64,000 nucleotides of DNA from positions 85,785,240 to 85,849,239 of the forward strand of contig NC_052162.1 in the NCBI RefSeq assembly GCF_902713615.1, read 5' to 3'. Source of the stretch: Scyliorhinus canicula (taxonomy: Eukaryota). A model generated the notes under the pieces. The model was not told the DNA's origin. It saw only the letters and a program-made list of their open reading frames with translations, and did not search any database. Positions 50,263 to 62,154 of this stretch are shown here, one piece after another (the first letter of the stretch is position 1; each line of letters starts with the position of its first letter). The position numbers and the translations under genes were made by a program.

Positions 50263-50737
50263 TCTTGTTATGCACTTGGCGTAGCATAAGCGGCTTCCTT
50301 GATGTGCACTCTGATAAAGGAAGGTTCAGATGTGGAGATAACTTCAACACGTTTATTAAACTATTTGCAATTCTCCTACTCGGGTTCGCCTCTACTGTTA
50401 AATCTTCTATAGCTACTGAGACTGACAAACCAGTCTGCTGCAATCCACGTGGTGAGTGTGATATTGAATCAACCCTGTGTCTGTACTCACTGAGTGTCTC
50501 CACTGGAAAGAGGAAGATCATGTGTGCAGAATCCTTTATATATGGGTTGGTGTAATGTCCCCCTGTGGTAGTGTCACCTCTGTGTGTATCGTGAATGCCC
50601 ATTGGTCGTATCCTATCTTTCTGACCTATTGGTTGAGTGTCTGTGTTTATTGTCACTGGTGCTCCCTCTAGTGTCTAGCTAGTCTACGTGTGCTTACATT
50701 AACCCCTTGTGTATCTACAGTGGTGCATCTCACCACA
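50263..50737 (-). mobile_element. solo LTR inside Harbinger
   Basis: Perfect TSD GTGCG, minus-strand TATA and AATAAA; one terminus is TC instead of TG. Confidence 0.85.
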
Positions 50738-50884
50738 GTGCGGGTGATCCTGAAGTCTACTGCCTGTGTTGCTTGAAACTTCTTCGAGGGTCGTGTTAGT
50801 CTTCTTCCTGTGTTTTTAAAAATTCTTAGAGGACTGGGTTAGTCTGTTGAGGGAATGAAACATTTGCACTGAGAGGGCCTAACC

Positions 50885-51726
50885 CAGTCATTTTCAAAGT
50901 CAGGGTCACGACCTGTGGGTGGGTCACGGGCTGATGTTGGGAAGGTTGTGGGACTATTGGTCGCACCGGGGAGACGGGTCCAATGGCTGTGACCGACTTT
51001 TAAAAATGCTGGCCGTGACCGGTTTCAGAATGCTGGCCGTCCTGGAGTGTCACGGCCCGGAGCCCAGCGTGACAGAGTGACTCAGTGCACTGACCTAGTA
51101 GCGGATTATTTAAAAAAAATTGATGGAGACCTCCTGCCTGGAGCAGTGGCAGAGGGCAAGTCACACGCCCCCTGTACTGACATCACATGCTCTGGGCACG
51201 AGAGTGATTCCTCCATTTTGTTAGCAATGCTGGTGTGAGCTCCAGGCCTTCTGGTGAAGAACTCATGAGGCTGAAAACAGGAACAAAGCAGCATAAAGAT
51301 GATCACTTGAGATATGGGTTTAGTAATTCTGCCACTGCTAATCAGGATGCAAAGTTCATGTATATTATATGCTGGGGAGAACTCGCAAATGAAGTAATAA
51401 CGCCCTCAAAAGCTCAAAGGCATTTCAAGACGAAGCATTGAGAGTTCGAGGACAAACCTCTCGATTTTTTTCAACGGATACAGTGACATCCCAAATCATC
51501 AGCTGAAGTCCTGACCAGAAATTTAGCATTGAATAACAAAGCAAGTGAGATCATGAGAACGAAGGCTCACCGTTCACCGGCAAGCAAAAATGATGGGTTG
51601 TGAAATTGAGGAGGCGTGAGTCGCAAGGCTTGGTCAGCGTGGGTGGTGAAGGTCAGCCAATGTGGATCCCGAAGGTCAGCCTGGTGGTTAAAATAGGTCC
51701 TGGGCAAAAAAGTTTGAAAAACACTG
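50885..51726 (+). mobile_element. non-autonomous hAT (Charlie/Buster-type) inside Harbinger
   Basis: TIRs CAGTCATTTTCAAA / TTTGAAAAACACTG, 8-bp TSD GCCTAACC/GCCGAGCC, BED-finger remnant LRYGF...ELANE..TPSKAQRHFKTKH..DKPLDFFQR. Confidence 0.85.
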
Positions 51727-52699
51727 GCCGAGCCGTCTGCCTGGCGTTGGGAGTCAATGAGAAGAAATTAGTCTGGATGGGGAGAAGTGTTATGCCACTG
51801 GGATGATGGCTAACAGATGTGAGGCATTAATGTGGTCAAGAATGATAATATCTAATTCAGTGCCATGCCCAGATGTTCCAAGTCTTGATGAAGCCCAACT
51901 GCCTGTGCCCAACTTCACCCTTGAACTCTCTGTGCCCCCTCAATTCCAGGGCTCGAGCGAGGACTTGTCTGGCGGCATTTCACAAGCTTCAGCACACAAG
52001 TGCATCCATAAAATCACTGTGTCGGCACTGCCAGCATGTCAATCCGCAAGGCAGGAGGGTGATGATAACCCGCTGTGGGCTGAGTTCTAGCGCTCCTCAA
52101 TCAATGCCATAGTCTGACTCCTTTCTGTCTGCTGACTGCACATTCACACCTACCACCTGCACACGGCATGCCTTGTGGGGTGGAGGGGCGGGGGGGGGGG
52201 GGGGGGAATCCAGGATCAACATGCTCAGGGGTGCTGGGGCAGGGGCTTGGTGGGCTACCTGCATTGTGCCAGAGGCTTCACATGTCTCGGATGCAATGTG
52301 TCTTAATGATGTATTATTGTGACCCCAAACTTCCCCCAGCCCCTGGTGGTGTGCACCTCCCTCCGCCTCCCCCCTCCCCCCCCCCTCCCGCTTCCCCACC
52401 TCCTTCCTCCCCAATGCCCTGCTGCTACATCTCGGCGTATCTCCAGGACACACATCAGAGGTGGGGACAGCCTGCTGATTACTGTGCCCCGTGGCCTTTG
52501 ATGCCCCTGGCCGGTGATCTCTGGGGGCCTGGGGCTGGTGGGCCTGGTCCACAGGGTTCCTCGCCGTGCCACTCTGTTCCGGAGGTTTACTATGAGATGC
52601 GCGTTGTCAGGGGTGGGGCAGAGGAGTGGGGTGGGGGGGGGGGGGGGGGGGGGGGGGGTGAGGGGGGGAACTCATCGCCATCCCATAGGGATGCTCCGG

Positions 52700-54260
52700 G
52701 TTAGTCCCCAGTGTCACCTCCTCCCAGTCAGTGCCTGTAGGGCCCTGGGAGCCACCGCGGGACAGCTGGATTGAGCTCCGGATGCCCGTGTGCCATCTGG
52801 CTCTCCCAGGCCTGTCGGCTCCCCTGTGCCGGTACCATGTTGGTGACGCCCTCAGAGATGCTTCTCAGTGACTGGGATATCCTCAGGAATGTCTCGGCAA
52901 TGCCCACCCGAGACTGGGACTTGCTCCGCTGTACCTCATAAAGGTCCACCTGCGACTGGGGCATGTTCCGTAGCGACACGGCATGCTGCCAAGGCCCTCA
53001 GCCATGGTCGACACTGACTGAGCCATGCTTTGGGCTACCCCACTCATGGCACTGACATCAAGCACCAGGCTCTCCATTCTGGTTGCCGCCCCAGTAGTGT
53101 TGACTCGGTGCCATCTCCTGCTCCCATAGCCTTTGGGACTCCTCCAATCAGCTATGGACCTGTCAAAGTGTCGCTGATAACCCCCTCTGACTAACGTGGC
53201 AGCACCCTAGCGACTGTATAAGCTCCGGGTAAACCTGGTCCAGAGGCTCAGCAGCTGACTGGGATCCAGCTGGGTTCTGGGATCCAGCAGACCTCTGACT
53301 GCTGTTCCCTCTGGATGTTCCTGCCTCCATCTGTTGTGCACCAGCAACTGTAAGGTTCTCACCAGAATTTGGCCCAGAAGCCTATCCACTACTTTCACCC
53401 ACTGAGGTGTGTGCATCTGCAGTGATATAGTGTAGAGTTGACAGCTGTGACACATCGATGGTGGTCTCCTCGGAGCTCCCCTCCGAGGTGATCTCTTGGG
53501 AGCCAGTGAGACAGACTAACCCAGATGGGTTGGCACCATCGGATGGAGATCCTCTGGGGGATTGGACATGTGGGCAGCGGGAGGAAAGATCACTCCATCT
53601 GGCTTTCACAACTTAACATTTGACATGTGACAGGTCATCTGAGTGGGGCTGGTGGATCCTCACCTCTGCGCCACATGCCAACCTCTAGGTTGGTGACTGA
53701 TCTGCCCCCCCCCCCCCCCCCCCCCCACCCCCGACAGGGTGAGGATTCTGATGTCCGGAACACAACCGCTCATCTGGGCCCTCTTCCGTCTGTTTTGGGC
53801 CAAATTCTCCTGCGGGGGCACAGAGAGGGCATTGTGAGTGCACGCGTCATTCATTTTGGGATGTGGTGTCTGTGGATGGAGCAGGGTGGATGCCTGGGCA
53901 GCACTGCTGGACATGGATGGGCTGGGTCACGGTACGAAGCTGGACAGGGGCAGAACCAGTCGCATGGTCATCAGGGAGGGGGTGGTTGGCAGCGGGGTTA
54001 GTGCCAGGGGACCGGTGCCAACTCACCCGTGTGGTCCGGTGGAGGTCGTTGATCTTATGGCACTGGGTGCTGGTCCTCCTCGTGATGCTCCACTAACTGA
54101 CAGCAGCTGCCACTTCCTCCCTGCCGGCACTAGCTGCCCTGTGGCTAACCCTCCGAGCCCCTCTAGGGAACAGGACAACCCATCTGGACTCCACCGGATC
54201 CAACTTCTGGCCAGTTCTGCATTCTCAAATTGTGGAGCTGGTCTGCGCGGTGGCCTGGCT
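52700..54260 (-). pseudogene. spliced Harbinger Myb/SANT gene, decayed
   Basis: RRPAPQFENAELAR...VVLFP...EEVAAAVS...RRTSTQCHKINDL with donor G|GTGAGT near 54026. Confidence 0.8.
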
Positions 54261-54489
54261 GCGAGCTGTGTGGGGCTTGCTCTGCAGGATTTGTTTAAGC
54301 TGTTAGCAGGTAGCTGGCAGGCGTGATCCCGGCATATCAGCCGGCTGCACAATCATTTATGAAGTGTGAAGCCTGTGGGGCCTCGTTAAGTGGCTCAATT
54401 AATGTTTGATACCGATGACAGCCTCATCGGGTGTACCGTCACTACCACACTTAGATACTTTGCAGTTAAATTGTGCCCATAGTGTCCAG

Positions 54490-57060
54490 TCAATTGTACT
54501 TGATTTTGCCGGAGTTTCTGCGGAATGTTTGAGGAGCTGGCTTCAATATGGACACCAGCATTTATTCGTATAGACCTCCCATTGAATCTGGAGGCTGGGA
54601 CAGAGGCTTTGCTGATGGAATCTCTCTCGTGCTTGTATGTGTCGCTGATGCACAGTCCAGGTCTCACTGCAGTACAGGAGTGTGGTGATTACAACAGCTC
54701 TGTACATCCGCACTTCTGTTGTCTTGCAGAAGTCTTTGTTATTGAACACTTGTGGCTGCAGTTCGGATTTGGCTGAGCTGGCACACCTGATCCGATATTT
54801 GGATCTGCTTTTGAGGGCAAACCCACACGGACAGTGACCCAGAGCCGGGATCGTACCTGGGACCTTGGCGCCGTGAGGCAGCAGTGCTAACCACTGCACC
54901 ACCGTACTGCCCCAACTTATGGTTTTATAGTATGGGGCCTAGCATGCAACCTTGGTTGATCCTGTCCGGATTTTGAAGGTGTCAGTTTTAGATTTGGAGA
55001 GTTGCAGTCATACCATCATGAAATAGTTGTGGGATTGTGATGAGGTTTCTTGCAAATCCAAATCTTTGGACCGTAAGCCACATAGCCTCACAAATGCTTT
55101 GGTCAGCCCAATGAAAGCAGCAAAGAGTTCCTAGTTTGTTTTCACAATCTTTCTTGGCTTTGTTTGCCAAAAAAGACGATGTGGAGGTTCCTCTGGAAGG
55201 TCTAAAACCACATGTGTCTCCGGGAGGATTTCTTCAGCCACAGGAAGGAGGTGATCAGGAGAATGCATGTCAGGATTTCCCTTGCTGTGGACAAGGGCAA
55301 ATGTTGTGGTAGTTGGCACAGCATGATTTATCTCCCTTCTTGAATATTTTACAATTGTCACATTCCTGGAAATTACAAGTCTATTTCCTCCCAAATCGGT
55401 AAGATCAGTGGAATTAGTCTTGACGTGACCAAAGCCCACCAGCTTTAAAGACCTCAATTAGAATACCATGCGGGCTATATGCTTTGGTATTTTTCATCTG
55501 ATTGCTTGTTGTAGCTCTTGCACTGATGGTGGTTCACCATGAATTCTACCGCAGGCTACTGGCAGGCAGCCTGGAGAGTATCAGCGGCCACTGAGGATTC
55601 ATAGATGAAGGGTTGTTGAAAATATTATTTTGAACGATGATGGGTGGCATTGTCACCGTGAAGATGCAAAACACCATCCTGAGTCAAGGGGGTTTGATCT
55701 TGATCTGCAGGTGGTCAGAATGGCTTCAGAAAAGCTTTGCATGTCATGATGGTCAGTATATTGTTGGATCTCTCGTACTTTCTCTTCCCACCGCATGTCC
55801 TTTATCTTCCAGATTTCTCTTTGGGTGTCAGCCTCGAGCTGTTTGAGAGGCGTCTTCTCGACTTGTGGCCTTGGGTTGTTCTGACAGTCAAAAATGGCTG
55901 CTCGTTTTTTGTTCCAGGAAGTCAACATTTTAGCACCTTTTTCATCAGCAGTTCTGGAGATGAAGATGTGCAAACCTAAAGGCCTGGACATAGGCCGACC
56001 ACACAGCTGACTTTATTTGATCCCAGTGTTCCAGAATTGAGTTGGATGTGGGAAGATTTTCCAGATTGATCATGTGCCGCACTTTAGTCAGTTAGATTTC
56101 GGGATGATCATTGATCTTCTTCCTCTTTGACGTTGTGGTCTTGCAATGCCTTGGCGTGAGGCGATCACCGATCAAAACAAGTTGGTTTCCAGCCGGCATT
56201 AGTCCCCCATATCTCTGGCCCGGAATAATCACAAAATCCAATAGTTTGATCGAGAATGCCTCCCTGTGAGTTTGAGTTTGGCCATTCCAGTGGAAGAGGG
56301 TGCTTGTTACAGTGAATCCTTGCAGAGCATTCTTTGTCAACAAGAAGTCATCAATCACATTGGCTTTTCTGCCCTGTTTTTTCTAATGGTTCCTTTCCAG
56401 ACATTGAGCCACAGCCAACTCTGGAATTCAAGTCCTCCAGAAGGACGATCTTTTCTTCTTTTAGGATGGCAGTGAGGAAGGTGTCAAGGTCGGTATAGAA
56501 CTTTCCCACTTAACATCCCCAATGGGGGTCAAGGATCAGCCTGATGCTTGTGGCAAATTGAGCTATAGGTGAACTGTTCTGAGCTCTTTCTCTTAGACAA
56601 TTGGGCAGTGCACCTCCTATTCTGTGGCAACCCGATGGATATGAGGGTTGGTGCTTGTCTTTCCTTTCCCATAGAAGGTGTATCCCCCTTTTGATACTTT
56701 CCTCCTTCCCAGAAAGGTAGCTCTCACAGAGGGCAGCAATATCAATTTGGAGTCTTGATCGTTCACGTGATTATGATTGCAGTTCTCCTTTCTGAACGGT
56801 GAACTTTCTAACATTGCAAGCTGCAAAATATTAAGTTTTCTTCCTTTAACCACAGGATGTGGCTACCCAGCTAGGAGAGAGCGGAACAGCCTATTTTTAG
56901 GGCACCTTTTTTAGCCACTTCCCCATTTGGAGTGAGCAGAGGGGATTCTGAAGATTACAGTCACAGATGCTGCAGCCCAAAGACGCCTCGCCTCCAACAC
57001 AAATCTTAAATGGCCTGATACATCTGTCAGTGGGGAACAGGAGCTTTGACCAAATACTTC
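54490..57060 (-). mobile_element. old RTE-clade LINE, decayed
   Basis: GGYTFYGKG, WEEKVREIQQYTD.HDM, MYRAVVITTLLYCSETWT. Confidence 0.75.
54820..54913 (-). mobile_element. V-SINE head fragment
   Basis: GGGGCAGTACGGTGGTGCAGTGGTTAGC. Confidence 0.8.
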
Positions 57061-57224
57061 CAGGTTCACAAGCCTGCCCCTATTGCCAAATTCCCATTGC
57101 CATTGGACCCAGCCACTAGACGCTGGGAGAAGTCTGCTCATGACTTTATTTTATGTACATACCTGTGGTGCCGTTGTTTTCCATACAGTCTCGCAGTCTC
57201 GATGGGTTGGTGGTCAGATTTTGG

Positions 57225-57735
57225 TGCTGAATCCACCCCCCCCCCTCCCCGGGGAGGCGGCGCCAAACCCATCCCTCCGCCCCAAGGCCGGCTGCCGTAT
57301 TCTCCGGTGCCGTTTTTCGGGGTGGAGCGGAATTCCCACCATGCCGGTCGGGGGCCGTTGGCAGCCCCCCCCCCCCCCCCCCGGCGATTCTCTGGACCCC
57401 CGATGGGCCGAGCGGCTGTCCATTTTGGCCAGTCCCGCCATCGTGAATCACTCAACCCTTGCGCATGCGCCACAATACACCGGCCGGTCTGCGAATGGAC
57501 GGAATCACGCTGCCGTTCTGCGCATGCGCAAGATCACGCCAGCCCTTCGGCGCATGCACAAACTTGTGCCGCCCTTTCGGTGCTGGCTGCAGCGATGCCA
57601 ACCCCTCCGGCATCCATCTAGCCCCTGAAAATGCGGAGAATGCCGCACGTTCGGGGCGAGGTGGACGCCAGAGTAGTTGGTGCTGGTTTTCCCGCCAGTG
57701 TGGGGACTTAGTCCCCAGGAGGGAGAATCCTGACC
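57225..57735. mobile_element. Harbinger-type MITE fragment
   Basis: Right TIR GGAGAATCCTGACC; CpG-rich; related to 62155-62856. Confidence 0.7.
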
Positions 57736-57879
57736 AAGTTCTGCCATGGAGGATATGATCGGCACTTTGTCTGGCAATCCCTCTCCCCCACACCGAGCCT
57801 GCCACCACGGATGACCCTACGAGGAGCAAGGAGCTCAGAATGGCATCGCTCAAGGGATCATCAGTGTGCATGCCTCTCC

Positions 57880-58540
57880 ACCACATCAGGGTGATGATCC
57901 ATTTTCTGTACCATCTCAATGTCCCCCGGTTTCCTGATCCTCATTTGGTTTAAGGGTAGTCCATCCTTCCTGCTCTCGTACTTTTTATCTGGAAGGAATC
58001 CCAATAATTCATGAAGGGAACATAAATGTTTTTACACCATGTCATTAATTATTTATGGGGAAGTGCCGATAATGTTCCTACCTGTCCCCTCAGGTATATC
58101 TTCTAACCTTTCCTCAGAATATACAAGAGGTAGACAGCTCACTACCCTGCCGGTATTATCCTTACAATGTACGTGACAGCTCAGTCCCCTGAACAAAGAA
58201 TTACAAATGATTATAAACTCATACCCTGGGTTTGTTTTTGCCCAGATTTCAAAGTGACTTTTTCCTTCTGCAAACTTATCCCTTTTGGAATGTTGGAGAG
58301 TGTTTATTTGCTACTGTGTCTCTGTGGTGGTTTTATAAGGTTTATGACCTTTCTTCGTTCTTTTTCCAACCATAGGCTGACAGGACCTCCATCATTTTGT
58401 CTTCTTTCAGCAACATTCATGACAATCCCGTTTGTGGATGTTTTGTTCTCAAGCTCTAATCCCTGAAGATTTGCTCTTCAAGTCTGATGCTATCCGAACT
58501 ATATTGCATAACTGAGATGATTCACTTATTCAACCTCATA
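57880..58540 (-). mobile_element. very old CR1/L2 ORF1 (esterase) relic
   Basis: IIICNSLFRG...RVVSCLP...ERLEDI.EGTG; 58420-58530 is homologous to 63840-63950. Confidence 0.55.
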
Positions 58541-58685
58541 TAATCCACTTCAAAATCCCTTCCTTGGGTCTAATCTGTGTTCTTGCACGTCGCTCTGTAT
58601 GGCCTGGAGTACGGCTTGATGCACAGAAAGATGAATAAACTGAAACTCTTTAATGGCTTGGAGAACGCCAACAACTGGATAAAAG

Positions 58686-58808
58686 TAAATTCCTACGGAT
58701 GCTGGAATCTGAAACAGAAAATGCTGGGCAATCTCAGCAGGCCTGACAGCATCCATGGAGAGAGAAGGGAGCTAACGTTTCGAGTCTGGGTGACTCTTCA
58801 TCAAAGCC
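58686..58808 (-). mobile_element. Penelope-like terminal repeat fragment with minimal hammerhead motif
   Basis: Minus strand GGCT-TTGATGA-A-GAGTC-ACCCA-GACTC-GAAA-CGTT-AGCT. Confidence 0.65.
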
Positions 58809-58910
58809 TTACTGGATGATGCCTAAGTTAACTGCGATTAAATCACCATCAGTCCCTGGTAATAATGGAAAAAGCATTAACATTGGAATGACGCAATGAG
58901 TTAAGCGCCT

Positions 58911-59268
58911 ATCATAGAATCATCGAATCCTTACAGTACAGAAGGAGGCCGTTTGGTATATCGAATCTACACTGATCCTTCGAAAGACGACTCTACCCTT
59001 GTCCATCCATCCACCTAGCCTTATCCCTGTAACCCCATAACCTAACCCGCACACCCCTGGGTGGGCACTAAATGGACAATTTATCATGGCCAATCCACCT
59101 AACCTGTGTATCTTTGCACTGTGGGAGGAAACCAGAGCACCTGAAGGAAATGCACACAGACACTGGGAGAATGTACAAACTCCACACAGAAAGTGACCCA
59201 ACTGAACCCAGAATTGAACCCGGGTTCCTGGCGCTGTGAGGCAGTGAACACTGTGCCACCATGCTGCT
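58911..59268 (-). mobile_element. HE1-type V-SINE
   Basis: Head, V-domain and tail. Confidence 0.85.
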
Positions 59269-60099
59269 CACTGTGAGGGAAATAAATTTATCTTCTGCTG
59301 TGCAAACTGCAGGGGAGGAGATAAGGAATTGTCTTTGACCTTGCAGTTTTGCATTGCTCAGAAGATTGAAAGATCAAGATAAAGAGATACGAAGGACCAG
59401 GTGATCCAGCATGCTGTTACCAAATTTACACTTGAGGCCCAGTTTGGTGATAATGTGACTGAGACAATATAGAGAATGGACAACATGGAAGCATGGTCAC
59501 GACAGTCAGGAAAATAAGAATGGGGACTGGCCGTCTCCAGATCCGGGCCTACAATCAACATCGGTAACCACAAGCCACCTGGGTGATTGTCAAATTGTCA
59601 AATTGTAAAGGGGTTGGTACTGGAGTTTTGTTGGTTTAATAAACTAATGAGCTGAAAGTTGAGCCAAAACGTATTTGCTGAATGTAGTTTGTTCTTGTAA
59701 TTCTGGGGTCCAATTATAAATGTAAGGAGGAAGGAAATGGCACCTCTTACAGATCTTGGTGATTGCAGCAGGACCCTAGGGTCTAGAACAAAATGGTGAA
59801 CAAGGCCAAAGACAAGAAACCCACAGTAAACGACAGGATATCCTCTTATGTGTTTAGCAAGTAAACATTTCCAAGCCATAAATCCAAGAAATTATGTACT
59901 TTGAAAATCTGCAGAAGGCGGAAGGGCAGACAAATAATAGCAACCATAAAGAATTGAGAGAAAAAGCAGATTGGGTACAGTGTTTAAAAATGCAAAATCC
60001 AGACCTCATGGAGAGGGTAAAGCAGCAAGAAGAAGGAGAAAGGAATTGGAGAGTAAGGCTACTGACCGTGAAGCCGTGATGAATTGGGTGGTGGGAGAT

Positions 60100-60480
60100 T
60101 TAAGCGTCCGGCACGGAGGGGAAGAGTGCCACCACACAGGCCATCTGCAGAACGGCGGGCCCCAATCATGGGCCAGGACACCGTGGGTGCCCCCCCCCCC
60201 CGGGGCCAGATCTCCCCGCACCCCCTCGAGGACCCCGCAGGCCGCCCGCAGATCCAGGTCCCGCCGGTAAGGACGTTGTTTGATTTACGCCGGCGGGACT
60301 TGTCGAAAACGGGCGGCCACTCGGCCCATCGCGGAGCGGAGAATCGCCGGGGGGGGGGGGGGGGGGCACTGCCAGCAGCCCCCGACTGGCGCAATGCGAT
60401 TCCTGTCCCCGCCGAAAAACCAACGGCGTAAATCCAGCAGCCGGCGTCGGCGCGGCAGGGCAGGATTCACGCCGTACCGG
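60100..60480. mobile_element. Harbinger-type MITE fragment
   Basis: Inverted homolog of parts of 62155-62856 and 57240-57440. Confidence 0.7.
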
Positions 60481-60489
60481 TACCACAAC

Positions 60490-61160
60490 CTGGTTGGAAA
60501 ACCACGTCCAGCAGGCTCAATTACCTGCAGTCAGAAAATCAAAATTAAACTCAATTTCGGAACTGGAACGTACAAACCTTCGTGGATAATGAGCAAAATA
60601 ATCGCCCAGAACAGAGAACTGCTCTTGTTGCCCGTGAACTCAAGCACTTCAACATTGATATCTCTGCCCTGCAAGAGACCCGAAGAGAAGGCAAAGGGGG
60701 GCAGAGGGAGGATGGCAGTGGTTACACCTTCTCCTGGAGAGGAAAACACGAGGGTCAGCCTGAGACACATGGAATTGGATTCACCATCGAGATGAAACAC
60801 ATCAACTGACTGCCAGAGTTCCCTGTCGGCATCATTGAGGGCCTCATGAACCTTTGTCTGTAACTTTCCAAGAACCAGCAGGCAATGATTGTGAGTGCCT
60901 ACACCCCAACCCTTAATGCCTGTGATGAGTCCAAAGAAAGCTTCTGCTCCAAACTGGATGCCATACTCTTTAACTAAGGAAGATAAGATAATCCTTCTTG
61001 GGGACTTCAATGCCAGGGTTGGAAAGGGCACCCAACTGTGGAAACAAACCATCAGAAGGGAAGGAGTTGCAACTCCAGGGGTTCGCCTGCTCAACAAATA
61101 CACAGAACACCAGCTTGTCATCACGAATACACTGTTCTGCCAAAAACACAAGTTCAAGAC
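60490..61160 (+). mobile_element. RTE LINE 5' endonuclease fragment
   Basis: RTALVARELKHFNIDISALQETR...GYTFSW, DKIILLGDFNARVG. Confidence 0.85.
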
Positions 61161-61905
61161 TGTGATGAATGTAAGAAATAGTCATACCTTATATTTTATA
61201 TTTGTGGCAGTAAAGTTATTAAAAATCATGCTTTAAAATACATACAGGTAGCATGTCTGCTAAAGCTATAATTACGGTGCTGTAAAAGGTGAGGATATCA
61301 TTGTTTTTAACCATTTACTTGTTTACAGAGAGATGGTGAATGGAACATTGCCTAGATTCCAAGGGGTTCCCTGGGGTGTAGATAATGTATCAGGGAGTGG
61401 TGTTTAGTCCTCGCTAAACAGGTCATGGGACAACTTAGTAGGATACAGAGGATGTAAATGATGAGAGGAGCAAGGTCTGTCTTTGGTTTTGCAGTCTGTT
61501 ATAAGTTTGAAGTTGAACAGCAGTTTGCCAAAGGATTTGAGTCTGACAAGACAGAAGGATTTTCAGGTTGTTTCTGAAAGGGTATCTCTCCAAAGATCCG
61601 CACATGTAACCCTGATTGTTAGCTTTATTTATAAATGGAATTTGAATGATATTAGGTTGCTTAATTGGAATATAGTTTTAGGTATAGTAAGTTAAAGATT
61701 TTTCCTTTTATTTGAGAACTATTTAGTTGATAATTGTAAAGCTATTCTTTTAATATTAATGTAGTTAATTATGTGTTTAAGTTAAAGTTTGTTTTAACAG
61801 AAAGGATACCTCTTCGTCAAAGTCATTACTGCTGGGGTGAAGTATCCTTTCCTCATAGTTTTACAAATTAAAAATTATTTGAGGTTCCTCATTGGTATCC
61901 TAACA
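61161..61905 (+). mobile_element. probable LTR truncating the RTE fragment
   Basis: Abrupt TGTGATG start, ends TCCTAACA; no TSD. Confidence 0.45.
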
Positions 61906-62154
61906 AAAGTCAAGTGCAAGATTCCTAGTGGAGTGAACATCATCTACAAGATGGAAGGAATATGTTTTAAACTCAACTGGTTGAAATCCAAGAAGAAAAC
62001 AACACTGACATCGTTCGTAATGGTTGAGGGAAAATTAAGGACCTCAAAGGGGAATATAGAGTAGCCAGAGGCAAGGATATGAAGAGATCGATCAGTGGCC
62101 CTATAATGAGGGAACTCATGAACTGACCCCAGCATTATTGGAACCAGAGCTATT

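Larger units (their letters stand above)
49767..54478. mobile_element. PIF/Harbinger transposon with both TIRs, internally deleted
   Basis: TIRs GGGCGGGATTTAAC / GTTAAATTGTGCCC; transposase remnant FQGSSEDLSGGISQASAHKCIHKIT (about 51940-52020). Confidence 0.8.

Noticed and set aside
59360-60090. Purine-rich stretch with a coiled-coil-like peptide
   Set aside because: Many stops; possibly another old LINE ORF1, but not assignable from the sequence alone.
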